Source: Thermoplasmata archaeon (GTDB taxonomy: Archaea > Thermoplasmatota > Thermoplasmata > Lutacidiplasmatales > SKW197). From it: a DNA stretch of 64,000 bases. Positions 37,980 to 48,117 of this stretch are shown in pieces. The position numbers and the translations under genes are program-made. Position 1 is the stretch's first letter; every line of letters begins with the position of its first letter. Under the pieces are notes generated by a model. That model was not told the DNA's origin, searched no databases, and saw only the letters and a program-made list of their open reading frames with translations. Location of the stretch: NCBI GenBank assembly GCA_049970095.1, contig JBMFNP010000002.1, positions 4,143-68,142 of the forward strand, written 5' to 3'.

Positions 37980-39728
37980 CTAATCCAGTCCAAGTGTGCG
38001 CAATTTCTCCTCCGTGGGTACTCCCTTGCTGTCCCATTTTCTGATAGAATAGTATCTTGCCAGCATTTCATGGAGTGGAACCACATTTCCTTTTGAATTT
38101 CCATGAGAAAGGGGTTTTTTGAGCAGAGTTTCTGGAAGTGCGTCAATCCCCTTTCCTGCCCTCACATTCCATAATCTTTCTGCATTCCATATACGCTCAC
38201 CAGTTTTCTGCAATTCCTCTGCAGAGTATTCTATTCCAGTAACTGCAGAAAGCAACCTTGCATAGTAGCCATCAGAAACCGCAAAATTTGTGAAAAGGCA
38301 AAGTACAAGGGAATCAAGCACAGCTCCTGTATGCTGTACCCTTATCAGAATATCTGGTTTATCACTGAAACTCAATCTGTTAAAAAACCTGGGAATTCCG
38401 AGAATTTCAGGTCCAATCATGTAACCTTTCAAATGGCAGCCTCCTCTATTTGCAGTAGCATATGCTAGCCCCATTCCGAAAGCACCTCTGGGATCATAGC
38501 CTGGGAGCTCTAGTCCTTTCACGCTGAAACTCTCCCCCCCGAATTTTCTACAAAATCTCTCAGAGCCTTCTGCAAGTTCATTTCCCACACCCTTTCTGTA
38601 AGCAATCTGGGTAATCATTGCAAGTGCACTCTTTTCATCTCCGAATTTTAGCCCGAATTCTGGGTATTTCTCATGCAAAGCCATTGCAGCCGCAATCGTT
38701 GAACCAGTTGTTATTGTATCCATTCCATACTCATTGCATAGTTTATTTGCCTTTATAATATATTCAATATCAAAAATTCCGCAATCTACTCCAAGCGCCC
38801 AGAGGCTTTCAAACTCTGGACCTTTAACGCCGCACTCTCTCGTCCCTGAAATTCTTCCACACCTTATCGGACACGCACCGCAAGCCTCTTCCCTCACAAA
38901 AAATTTTCTCAGCACTTCACCAGAAACCTTTTCTGCATTTGCATCACATCCCTCAGACCAGTGCCTCACTGGAAGCATTCCGTATTCATTAATCAGATTA
39001 ACCAGTCCCGCAGTACCCAGATATGGAAGTGCCTTTGATGTTATAGGGTTTGCGTCAAGCCACTTCTTCATTTCAACTACAAAGGATTTCAATTTCTCTC
39101 TATCCTTTACATTCACATTTGCCCTGCCTCTACATATGATTGCCTTAAGATTTTTGGAGCCCATCACCGCACCCAGCCCTCCCCTGCCCATTGCATGATA
39201 GGATGATGCTTGAATATTTGCAAATTTCACAAGATTTTCACCAGCAGGGCCAATACAGAGAACCTGCCCTTTTTCATTCAGCGCCTCAAAAATTCTCTCT
39301 GTTGTAAGCCCCCATAGATTCGCCCCATCTTTCAGTTCTACATTTTCTCCCTCAATACAAAGTATCACTGGCTTATCTGCTTGCCCTTCAATGATGAGTG
39401 CATCCAGATTGCAGCGTTTCATCTGAATTCCAAAATTACCACCGCAGTTTGAATCAAAAAGGGTTTCCGTCAGGGGTGAGATAGAAGTGCATGTAAATCT
39501 GGAACTTGTAGGCACTCCAGTTGCAGTCAAAGGTCCTGTGCAAAAAATCAACTTATTTTCTGGTGAGAGTGGAGAAATTCCAGGCTTGAGTTCCTCTCTT
39601 CCCAGAGCGATACCTGTGCCTCTCCCACCTATAAATGCGTGCAATATTTTCTCTTCAAAATTTTCAAATTGCCAGTTTTTCTTGGTGAGATTTACCCTTA
39701 ATAATCTGCCACACCATCCAAACATCAA
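37980..39728 (-). CDS. aor: tungsten-containing aldehyde:ferredoxin oxidoreductase family protein
   Basis: N-terminal MFGWCGRLLRVNLT and AOR-family domains 1-3. Confidence 0.9.
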   Translation of the reverse strand: MMFGWCGRLLRVNLTKKNWQFENFEEKILHAFIGGRGTGIALGREELKPGISPLSPENKLIFCTGPLTATGVPTSSRFTCTSISPLTETLFDSNCGGNFGIQMKRCNLDALIIEGQADKPVILCIEGENVELKDGANLWGLTTERIFEALNEKGQVLCIGPAGENLVKFANIQASSYHAMGRGGLGAVMGSKNLKAIICRGRANVNVKDREKLKSFVVEMKKWLDANPITSKALPYLGTAGLVNLINEYGMLPVRHWSEGCDANAEKVSGEVLRKFFVREEACGACPIRCGRISGTRECGVKGPEFESLWALGVDCGIFDIEYIIKANKLCNEYGMDTITTGSTIAAAMALHEKYPEFGLKFGDEKSALAMITQIAYRKGVGNELAEGSERFCRKFGGESFSVKGLELPGYDPRGAFGMGLAYATANRGGCHLKGYMIGPEILGIPRFFNRLSFSDKPDILIRVQHTGAVLDSLVLCLFTNFAVSDGYYARLLSAVTGIEYSAEELQKTGERIWNAERLWNVRAGKGIDALPETLLKKPLSHGNSKGNVVPLHEMLARYYSIRKWDSKGVPTEEKLRTLGLD

Positions 39729-39789
39729 AATAGCACCGGAAACAAAAGTATGAAGTAAAAGTTAAAAGAATTGGGAATAAAAAATCTGA

Positions 39790-40017
39790 TTATTTTCCTT
39801 CTACAAGGTAATAACCTGCAGCTTTCTCGCGCACCTTGCGCTTTGCATAGCCTTTATTCTGGAGTTCCTGGAGTGCATTGAGCACCATGTTTTTGGGCAT
39901 TTTTGCTGCCTGGGTTATTCTCTCGGCTGTTGCCATTTTTGCTTCACCCACTATTCCAAGCTCTTTCATCACTTCGTACACTTTTTCTGCATTTGGGGAA
40001 AGACCTTCAGGACACAT
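39790..40017 (-). CDS. small winged-helix DNA-binding protein
   Basis: 75 aa reading ...AERITQAAKMPKNMVLNALQELQNKGYAKRK... It lies directly upstream of aor on the same strand. Confidence 0.5.
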   Translation of the reverse strand: MCPEGLSPNAEKVYEVMKELGIVGEAKMATAERITQAAKMPKNMVLNALQELQNKGYAKRKVREKAAGYYLVEGK

Positions 40018-40176
40018 TTTTTCACCTTTGTGCGTTTTTTCAAGTTATTGGATATCAGAGGAGTATATAAAAATTCCTCAAATATCCCCTTTGCACACAA
40101 GCAAATATATGCCATCAACAGGATGCACCGCTTTTAATTCCGATAGGTTTATTTACCATTAACAGAATAACTACAG

Positions 40177-42588
40177 GTGCTCTGGAAAAGGATTAACGCT
40201 GAATTGATAGCACGAAAGGAGTGGTTGAATAGCACTGCCTTTCTGTTCCAGGTATTGATTCTTCTTTCCCTGCTTGCATACTATCTCTTTCAGAGTTTTT
40301 TTGAGAAACTATTTTACAGTTATTCTATAATCATGCTCATTCTCTCCATTATTGCAGTTGTTCTCACACTCATTGCAATTGTAAGAAATACTTCAATCAA
40401 GGATTTTTCTGCACCTGGAAATATGGTCTCCTTTGCTGGACTCTTTCTCCTGCTTATGGAAGCAATATATCACAGTACAGGCGTAGATGTTCTTTTATTT
40501 CCTCACAATGTCATCTTTATCGCAGGGATTACCCTCCTCCTTGGTGGCGCCTATTACCAGATAAAAATGAATGAATTTGAGAGAAAGCACGGAGGCTCAA
40601 TGATGCTCTGGATAACAGGTAATGTGCTTCTCCTCTTTGCAGTTTCCAAGCATTGCTATGAAAGCACCGCATTTTCTATCAGAGATAGTGTTGTCCTGCT
40701 AGGGGGTGCAATTGTTTCCCTTACTGGTGTGTTGCAACACATACTTCTCACCACATATGGAAGAGAACTTGAGAGTGCGATGGTTCTCGGAGATGCAAAG
40801 TATATTGCGGGAAAATTTGACGAGGCAATGGAACACTACGAAAACGGGCTCAGGGTTGACCCGAAGAACGAGTATCTTATTGTACGAAAAGGACTTACAC
40901 TTCTGAGGATGGGGTTGAACGAAAATGCATTTTCTGTGTTTTCCAAGGCAGTAGAACTGCATCCTGAGAGTATAGGGATCCTGATGGGTGCAGGAATTGC
41001 AGCCTCAAAACTTGGTAAATATAGAATTTCGCTGGAGTATCTGAAAAGGGCTGAAAAAATCAAGAAGACACCAGAACTTTACAACAATATGGGAAATGTG
41101 CTTTTCAGCATTGGAGATATTGAAGGAGCAATGAAGGCATATGAAAAATCTATTGAACTTGACAGAAATTATGAAAGTGCATACCTGAATGCAGCCAGGG
41201 TACTCACGAGGGTAAAACAGTATGATAAAGCCATTTCAATGGTCAGAAGGTTGCTGGAAATTAATCCAGAATCTGCAGAAGCATACTATCAGATGGGAAA
41301 GATTTACATGGAAACTGGAGATTATGAGAAGAGCATAGAAACAATGGACATTGCAATCATGTTAAAACCAGGTTTCAGTGATGCATGGATTAGTCGGGGT
41401 GCAATAATGGAGCGTGCAAAACATGGAATCTCAGAGATAGGGGCAGTGCCTCTTCCACACACCACAAGAAAAGCCACTCTTCTCAATCTCCTCCGCCTCA
41501 GAATATTTTCCACACTTGAAGAGTATCAGAAGATTGCATCTGCACTTACTCTTGAGCAAGAACCCACTATGGAGAGCCGCAAAACTCTCACAGCAATTCT
41601 GGAAAGTGCACATCAGGCATTTGTGAAAAAGGAGTATGCACATGCAATGAGAGAAGCAAAAGAGGTTCTGGCAAAGGAACCCGATAACCTTGATGCCCTC
41701 ATTATCTTTGCAAATTCTGCTGAGGCAACCGGGAATTATAGTGAGGCTTATGGCGCTTACAGAAGGGTTGCAGAAATCTGTGGAAAACCAGAAGCTTACA
41801 TTAAAGCTGGAATTTCTGCGGCAATGGGAGGATTGTGGCTTGAAGCAATTGATATGCTGGACACCCTGCTGGAAAATGACCGCGAAAATGAAGAGGCATG
41901 GGTTCTCAAGGGGCTTCTCCTTTATTTCATGGATGCCACATTACCAAGCATTGAATGTTTTGAGTATGCACTTGCATTTCATCCAGAGAATAAGGATGCA
42001 TTGTATGGAAAGGGACTTGCATTGATGAAGCTCGGGCTGGACAATGAGGCTGCAATGTGTTTTGCACAGGCAAGAGCACTTTCGCTCCATTTTTCTGAGA
42101 TAGTTTCAATCCTTCCAAAGACACAGAAAACACTCAAGGATTATGTACGCCTCGCTACCGAATTTGCCACCCAGAAAAAGTTTGATGAGGCGACCAGGAT
42201 TCTGAATTTTGTTATGAAAATGAAGCCAGATGATGAGAATATCTGCTATTTTGCAGCAATAGTGTATGCATCAATGAAGAAATATGCAAAGGCAGAGGAA
42301 ATTCTAAGAAAGGCAGTTTCAAGAGAACCCGAAAACCAGGATTTTGTGCTAGCTCTTTCCGAGGTTTTGAGAAAATCGGGAAAGCCAGGTGAGGCGGTGA
42401 GAGTGCTTGAGGACTGCATGAAAACAGTACATGAAAACGCAGAACTCTATGCGGAGTATGCACTGGCACTCAAGGATGCAGGGGAGATTGAAAAAGCAGG
42501 AAATATAATCAGGAAGGCAGTGGAACTGGAACCTGAGAATGAAAGGGTTAAGCATGCTGAGAGAAGGATAAGGGTAGCAAAGGAATAA
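40177..42588 (+). CDS. membrane protein with N-terminal polytopic domain and long C-terminal TPR array
   Basis: About six TM helices in the first 200 aa, followed by more than ten TPR-like repeats. Confidence 0.7.
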   Translation: MLWKRINAELIARKEWLNSTAFLFQVLILLSLLAYYLFQSFFEKLFYSYSIIMLILSIIAVVLTLIAIVRNTSIKDFSAPGNMVSFAGLFLLLMEAIYHSTGVDVLLFPHNVIFIAGITLLLGGAYYQIKMNEFERKHGGSMMLWITGNVLLLFAVSKHCYESTAFSIRDSVVLLGGAIVSLTGVLQHILLTTYGRELESAMVLGDAKYIAGKFDEAMEHYENGLRVDPKNEYLIVRKGLTLLRMGLNENAFSVFSKAVELHPESIGILMGAGIAASKLGKYRISLEYLKRAEKIKKTPELYNNMGNVLFSIGDIEGAMKAYEKSIELDRNYESAYLNAARVLTRVKQYDKAISMVRRLLEINPESAEAYYQMGKIYMETGDYEKSIETMDIAIMLKPGFSDAWISRGAIMERAKHGISEIGAVPLPHTTRKATLLNLLRLRIFSTLEEYQKIASALTLEQEPTMESRKTLTAILESAHQAFVKKEYAHAMREAKEVLAKEPDNLDALIIFANSAEATGNYSEAYGAYRRVAEICGKPEAYIKAGISAAMGGLWLEAIDMLDTLLENDRENEEAWVLKGLLLYFMDATLPSIECFEYALAFHPENKDALYGKGLALMKLGLDNEAAMCFAQARALSLHFSEIVSILPKTQKTLKDYVRLATEFATQKKFDEATRILNFVMKMKPDDENICYFAAIVYASMKKYAKAEEILRKAVSREPENQDFVLALSEVLRKSGKPGEAVRVLEDCMKTVHENAELYAEYALALKDAGEIEKAGNIIRKAVELEPENERVKHAERRIRVAKE

Positions 42589-42592
42589 TTTT

Positions 42593-43066
42593 TCACAACT
42601 TCTGATTTTCCATCACAGTTTCAAATATTGTGCAGGTCAGAGTTCTTGCCACTCCAGGAATTGTGCGAATTCTGTCAATTATCAACCTCCCAATTTCCTC
42701 AATTGAGGATGCACGCACTTTAATCATAATATCCCATTCTCCAGAAATTAGATGTACCTCATGAACCCCTGGGATTTTTGCAATTTTCTCTGCAACCTCT
42801 CTCTGAGAGTAACCAGTACCCGGCATGAATGAGGCAAGCACAAATGCACATGCACCCAAACCAGTTATTTTGTAATCTGGTATCACTGTAAATCTTTTGA
42901 TAATACCTTTTTCTTGCATACGCTCAATCCTTTCCTGCACCGTAGTCCTTGGCATCCCAAGTTTTTTTGCAATTTCAGTCACCTTCAATGATGCATCTTT
43001 TATCAGTTCTATCAGAATTTTTCTGTCAGTTTCGTCAAATTTTATTTGGTGTTGCATGTTTGTCAT
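42593..43066 (-). CDS. lrp: Lrp/AsnC-family transcriptional regulator
   Basis: HTH DETDRKILIELIKDASLKVTEIAKKLGMPRTTVQERI plus a RAM domain. Confidence 0.85.
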   Translation of the reverse strand: MTNMQHQIKFDETDRKILIELIKDASLKVTEIAKKLGMPRTTVQERIERMQEKGIIKRFTVIPDYKITGLGACAFVLASFMPGTGYSQREVAEKIAKIPGVHEVHLISGEWDIMIKVRASSIEEIGRLIIDRIRTIPGVARTLTCTIFETVMENQKL

Positions 43067-43170
43067 AATGACTTAAAATATATATACTTATCTACATAAA
43101 GCCGTAAAATTGCCAAAAAATAAAGCAAAACGCTTATAACCATCTGCGTGATATAAAAAATGGTGGAAAA

Positions 43171-44094
43171 ATGGCGCTGAGAACAATTGAAGAGATTGTG
43201 GAAAGAGCACACATATGTGATGTGCTGGAAATACAGACAGAAGTAATACATGCAATGTGTGAATATTTCAAAGCTCGGGGGTTCAAATGGATGCTACCAG
43301 TAATGCTGAGTTTTGTTACGGACCCGCTCTGGCCTGAACCTGCTGGGAACCATATCATGGCACCAGAGATTGAGGTTTATGGAAAGAAAATGAAACTCAT
43401 GCACAGCATGATTCTGCATAAACAGATTGCAGTTTCAATGGGACTGGAACGCATATTCATTCTCTCTCCCAACATTCGAATTGAAAAGCCAGAAAGGGAT
43501 GACGGAAATCATGCCTATGAGTTTACCCAGCTTGATTTTGAAATTGCACATGCAAGAATGCAGGATGTGATGGGGATTGTTGAGGAATGTGTATGTCATA
43601 CAATTGAAAGGGTAAGAGAACTGGAGTGCTTGAAAAATTTTTGCAGGGAATTACCAAGATTTCACACACCTTTCAGAATTTACACATATGAGGAAGTGCT
43701 GCGGGAGTATGGAGGTGACAGGGAGTTGAGCAAGGCAATGATTGAGCCAGTATGGATAACAGACATTTCAAGAGAATTTTATGACCGCAGTGATGAGAGC
43801 ATGCCTGGACATACACTGAACTATGACCTTATTCTGCCAGAGGGCTATGGGGAGGTGCTTTCGGGGGGTGAAAGAGAGTATGAATATGAAAAGATAGTGA
43901 TCAAACTGGAGAATGCAGGACTTTCTGTTAATTCATTCTGGCCTTACCTTGAGATTGCAAAAAGGGGGATGCTGAAGCCATCTGCAGGTGGAGGAATTGG
44001 TGTGGAACGATTTGTAAAATATATTACAGGAATGCGCCATATAGAGGATGTTCAGGTGTTTCCAAGGGTCCCTGGTGTGCCTTCAATAGTTTAG
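43171..44094 (+). CDS. asnA: archaeal-type asparagine synthetase A (AsnRS catalytic-core paralog without anticodon-binding domain)
   Basis: Class II aaRS motif 2-like FRIEKPERDDGNHAYEFTQLDFE and motif 3-like GGGIGVERFVKY. Length 307 aa. Confidence 0.7.
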   Translation: MALRTIEEIVERAHICDVLEIQTEVIHAMCEYFKARGFKWMLPVMLSFVTDPLWPEPAGNHIMAPEIEVYGKKMKLMHSMILHKQIAVSMGLERIFILSPNIRIEKPERDDGNHAYEFTQLDFEIAHARMQDVMGIVEECVCHTIERVRELECLKNFCRELPRFHTPFRIYTYEEVLREYGGDRELSKAMIEPVWITDISREFYDRSDESMPGHTLNYDLILPEGYGEVLSGGEREYEYEKIVIKLENAGLSVNSFWPYLEIAKRGMLKPSAGGGIGVERFVKYITGMRHIEDVQVFPRVPGVPSIV

Positions 44095-44104
44095 GGTCTC
44101 GCTG

Positions 44105-44237
44105 GGGGATGTAGAATTACTCAAGATTGTTGCTTTCATTCCATCTAAAATTCTACCACGCTGTCATTCCAATTCAAGTTGCCTGTCTTGCTCATGGGAG
44201 GAGTTATAGAGTGGAAAATAAATTTTCTACATCCCCC
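44105..44237. repeat. short inverted-repeat element, copy C, with perfect 13-15 bp TIR GGGGGATGTAGAA / TTCTACATCCCCC
   Basis: gggggatgtagaatt ... aattttctacatccccc flank ~105 nt. It sits directly upstream of the TATA box of the 44282 gene. Confidence 0.6.
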
Positions 44238-44281
44238 AACCCATCAAAAAATTTATTAATGTGTAAGCCAATGGACTTCTG

Positions 44282-47200
44282 ATGAAAAGATGTCCTGTTT
44301 GTGGGTTTGATTTAGAGGATAATGCAATGTCCTGCCAGCAATGCAAATATGTTTTTCCAAAGACGGTGCATGAGAAACTGGTAGAAATATTTGAAGAGAT
44401 AGAGGAAAATGAGGAAAAGAAAGAAGAGGAAAAAGAAGAAAAGAAAGAACCAGAGGTAAAGGAGCAGATGGAAAGCAGAGAAAGCAATGGCATAGCAGTG
44501 AAAATTCCACCTGTTTCCGAAATCCATGGGTGGAGGGAAGGCAGAATAAACGGATGCAATGCTACATACAAACCCTCAAAAACCCCACACGAAATTAAAA
44601 AGCGAAATTATAAGAAGTTTGTGGTGCCTGTAATTGTTTTAGTAATGGTTTCTGTCTCACTTACCACACTTTTATCAATTCCAAAGGAAAAGATTGTGCT
44701 TGATGGTAATCTATCGGATTGGGAGAGCGGAAAACAGAATGCATTTGTTGGTGGAATCCTTCCTGCACAGATTGACATAGTAAAAGGAGGATTAGATACA
44801 GACGGAAAATGGTGTTACTTTTTTGTGGAGGTTAGGGGGGAGATTTTTGCAGGGGATGCAAGAGCAGGAAACACTGGCTACATGGACATCCTTCATATTT
44901 TTGTGGATGCGGATAGAAACTCAGAAACGGGGTATTCAATTAGGGGGCTGGGAGCAGATTATGTGCTGAACATTGGCGGCCAAAATGGCCATATTCTTGT
45001 CTCTGAACTCTACAAATTTGATACAGCAAGGGAAAGGTTTGACTGGGAAGGTAAGGTCAGTTATGGAAGCATAGAATGCGTGAATTCCGAGAATACCGTG
45101 GAAATCCGTGTCCAGAAAAAACTGTTTAATAGCGAAAATGTGGCTGTGCTTTACCACATGTTTTCTTATGATGGTGCAGAAGACTTTGCAGACTATGTGG
45201 TAACTAGTGATGGAAAGGTGCTGATAGCAGAGGTAAGTTACATTGGTGAAGAAATTGTGAGCGGAACTGTGCCCTGGTTGAAGTTAGAAATGAATGCCCC
45301 TATAGAAAATGTTATTGTTGAGGCTATCGTGGTGAGTGAGCGTGGAACAAACCTACCAGTAGATATTGGCTACCATGTGAATGGCGGTGCGGTGCAGACA
45401 GAAAGATTCAGATACAGCAAGGAGATAAAGATAGGGGAAACCGTGGGAAGGAACAAAATAGAGATAGTGTTCTATCTGAATGTGAGCAGTTTGCCAGATG
45501 AAACCGCTGTAGGAATTGGCATAAATGGGAAGGATGGAATAAAGACAGAAGGTTTTGTTAATTATGTAGAGCATCAGGATGCAGGAAAGGCAAGGGTTGC
45601 TTATGTGCGGAGTGCACCTGGAAAAGTGAGGATTGATGGGGCGTTCAGTGACTGGAGGAACAAAAGCCTTAGTGATGATGGCACAGATGGTTGTGCACCC
45701 CAGTATGACATAAGAAAATTCGGTGCATTGAGGGAGGAAAATGTGCTTAATCTTTATGTTTCAGTTACCGATAGGTTGCTTGCGGGAATTGATGTGCCTT
45801 TTACTGGCCCTGCAAAGATCTCGGAATCCTCGGGAGGGGCACTCAATCCACCTGAGCCAGTTAACTCTACAGATTTTGTGAGAATTTATATTCAGAAAGG
45901 TTTGCCAATAGTTGGCTATAAAATCTGTGAGATTATTGCAAATTACATGGTTGAAATAAAGGGAAAGAATGGAATAATTATTAGCAAGGGAATTTATTCC
46001 TATAATCCTGGAAATCCCATAGAGCCCTGGGCATATTTGGATGACCCTCCTTGTGAAATAGATAACTATCAGATGGAGATCCAGATAAAGATGGAGGAAC
46101 CTTCTTCTATTGTAGTAGAAACAACGAACTGGAAAGGAATACGGGATTTGGCAGCAAATAAATCAATCAGGGAAGTATTAGGAGTATTGCCAGTAGAGGC
46201 AAATGTGGAACAAGATGCCCTCCTCCCTGCAAAAACTTTCCAATCAGTTGAGAGTATAAAGACAGAGTTTGAAATTCTAGACTTGCCTTTTAGCAATGAC
46301 GCCCCCTTGTACTCTCCTAAATTAAATGGGAGTTTTCCATCTGTAGCAGTTGCTGCTAATGGAAGCATATATGTGGCATATCAGCAAAACAATTCAGACA
46401 CTTCGCATGGAGTATTTGTCAGAAAAGGAATTGAAGGAAATACAAGTACATGGCCTATTCAGTATAGCAAGAATGGTACAACTACAGATGTGCGAAATCC
46501 TTCAATCTGTATAGATCCTGTGACACAGAATATATATGTTGCATATGAAAATGCCACATTCTCTTTTCTAAAATATACATACTCATCTTCTACATGGGCA
46601 GAATATTATTCTCCATCATGGGATGCATCTGCATGGAAAAATCCCTCCATAGCTGCATACAATGATGTTGTGTACATCTTCTATGAGAATGAAAGCACCA
46701 CATATTCTGGCAAGTATGATATTGGGTTTGTGAACTCCACGAATGGAGGAGAAAGCTGGAGGGGTTATTATTGGTTTGATGCCCCCACTACTGATGAGAG
46801 AAATCCAAGTGCAAGCATCACCGCTGCACATGTATATATCGCCTTTCAGAATGAAACAGGTGGGAATTATAATATATCATGGTATTACAACACAACTTCC
46901 GTCTGGACAGGTTGGTACACGATAGGAACAGAAAATGAGGAGTATCCCAGTATTTCTGTGAGCGGAAGCTATGGTTATGTGGTTTTCCAGGATGAGTACT
47001 CTGTCACAGACCATGACATTGGCTGTTTCTATAGCACAGATGGTTTTGCAACTGTTTCCTTTAAGTGGATTGGCTATACCACTAATGATGAGCTTTTCCC
47101 ATCTGTTTCTGCAGCAGGAAGTTTTGCAAATGTAGCATACATCAATGTAAGTGGAACAACTGCCAAAGTTTCTTACTCTAACACAACAGACAATGGACAG

Positions 47201-47449
47201 ACATGGTGCCCGCCAATGATTGCAAGTGATAGTGATGGAACTGTGCGCGTGTATCCCGGCTGTCTTGCAGTCACAAATAAAACTTCTGGCTGCACTGTGT
47301 GGACAGAAAACAGCAGCACAGCGAACTCCCTCACATCCATTTATCATGCAGAAATCAATGAAAAACAGGGCATACTGGAAATTCTACCCCTGCTCCTGCT
47401 TGCACCCTTGATTTTTGTCAGAAGGAAGAAAAGGCGTTTCAGAGTATAA
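44282..47449 (+). CDS. large surface protein: N-terminal zinc ribbon, acidic segment, TM, BNR/Asp-box-containing ectodomain, C-terminal TM + basic tail
   Basis: MKRCPVCGFDLEDNAMSCQQCKYVF, an EEKKEEEKEEKK segment, and TM FVVPVIVLVMVSVSLTTLL. Asp-boxes STNGGESW and TTDNGQTW. C-terminal ILPLLLLAPLIFVRRKKRRFRV. Confidence 0.7.
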   Translation: MKRCPVCGFDLEDNAMSCQQCKYVFPKTVHEKLVEIFEEIEENEEKKEEEKEEKKEPEVKEQMESRESNGIAVKIPPVSEIHGWREGRINGCNATYKPSKTPHEIKKRNYKKFVVPVIVLVMVSVSLTTLLSIPKEKIVLDGNLSDWESGKQNAFVGGILPAQIDIVKGGLDTDGKWCYFFVEVRGEIFAGDARAGNTGYMDILHIFVDADRNSETGYSIRGLGADYVLNIGGQNGHILVSELYKFDTARERFDWEGKVSYGSIECVNSENTVEIRVQKKLFNSENVAVLYHMFSYDGAEDFADYVVTSDGKVLIAEVSYIGEEIVSGTVPWLKLEMNAPIENVIVEAIVVSERGTNLPVDIGYHVNGGAVQTERFRYSKEIKIGETVGRNKIEIVFYLNVSSLPDETAVGIGINGKDGIKTEGFVNYVEHQDAGKARVAYVRSAPGKVRIDGAFSDWRNKSLSDDGTDGCAPQYDIRKFGALREENVLNLYVSVTDRLLAGIDVPFTGPAKISESSGGALNPPEPVNSTDFVRIYIQKGLPIVGYKICEIIANYMVEIKGKNGIIISKGIYSYNPGNPIEPWAYLDDPPCEIDNYQMEIQIKMEEPSSIVVETTNWKGIRDLAANKSIREVLGVLPVEANVEQDALLPAKTFQSVESIKTEFEILDLPFSNDAPLYSPKLNGSFPSVAVAANGSIYVAYQQNNSDTSHGVFVRKGIEGNTSTWPIQYSKNGTTTDVRNPSICIDPVTQNIYVAYENATFSFLKYTYSSSTWAEYYSPSWDASAWKNPSIAAYNDVVYIFYENESTTYSGKYDIGFVNSTNGGESWRGYYWFDAPTTDERNPSASITAAHVYIAFQNETGGNYNISWYYNTTSVWTGWYTIGTENEEYPSISVSGSYGYVVFQDEYSVTDHDIGCFYSTDGFATVSFKWIGYTTNDELFPSVSAAGSFANVAYINVSGTTAKVSYSNTTDNGQTWCPPMIASDSDGTVRVYPGCLAVTNKTSGCTVWTENSSTANSLTSIYHAEINEKQGILEILPLLLLAPLIFVRRKKRRFRV

Positions 47450-47524
47450 GTTTGTTCGGAAATTTAGAACCCAATTACAAAACCCTTAAATATACGGATA
47501 ACTATTAAAACAGCGGTGAAATAA

Positions 47525-47914
47525 ATGAAAGCAAGAAGTGGACACATTCTCTTGAAGAAAAAAATGGACTGGTATGAACTCCAGGATATTTACACAGAGG
47601 TGTTCACCACATTTCTCAAAGAAACGAAACAGTGGAATGAAAATGAACCTGAAGTAAATGATTTGTTGCTCTATATGAATATTCTTGATATTCAGAAAAA
47701 CAAGAAGCCTGAGGGATACAACCGACCTGGGTTTATGAGGTTGTTTTTCCCAATAAGGGACGATGGAAAAATAGAATTCTGCATTTACAGAAACTCCAAG
47801 TGTACGGAGGTTGTGAGCATTACCGAGGACATTTCAAAAATCCTGGAAAAAAATGGAATTGAACATGAAATTGTTTATGACAAGATGCTTCTGCATGCAA
47901 ATAAAAAGAAGTAA
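47525..47914 (+). CDS. hypothetical protein
   Basis: ORF with no recognisable family. The start may be the internal MDWYEL. Confidence 0.4.
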   Translation: MKARSGHILLKKKMDWYELQDIYTEVFTTFLKETKQWNENEPEVNDLLLYMNILDIQKNKKPEGYNRPGFMRLFFPIRDDGKIEFCIYRNSKCTEVVSITEDISKILEKNGIEHEIVYDKMLLHANKKK

Positions 47915-47966
47915 TTTTTTATTGCTTTAACCCTTGCAAATCTCTCTCTTTTCTGTGTGTTTTATA

Positions 47967-48041
47967 TGGGGCCGTCCAGATTTGAACTGGAGTCTCTAGC
48001 ACCCCAAGCTAGAAGGATAGTCCAAGCTACCCCACGGCCCC
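47967..48041 (-). tRNA. tRNA-Pro (anticodon GGG), no encoded CCA
   Basis: The reverse complement gives a perfect 7-bp acceptor stem GGGGCCG/CGGCCCC, T-arm TCCAG-TTCAAAT-CTGGA, and anticodon stem CTAGC/GCTAG with loop TTGGGGT. TATA tttttatat lies ~28 nt upstream. Confidence 0.7.
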
Positions 48042-48117
48042 GTCATAGCCATGAAATAACAGGAAATATAAAAAAGATTTTGTTTACAATCTGGAACCTC
48101 CCTACATCGCAAATTTA

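Noticed and set aside
38734-39198. 154-aa plus ORF inside aor
   Set aside because: It is antisense to aor.
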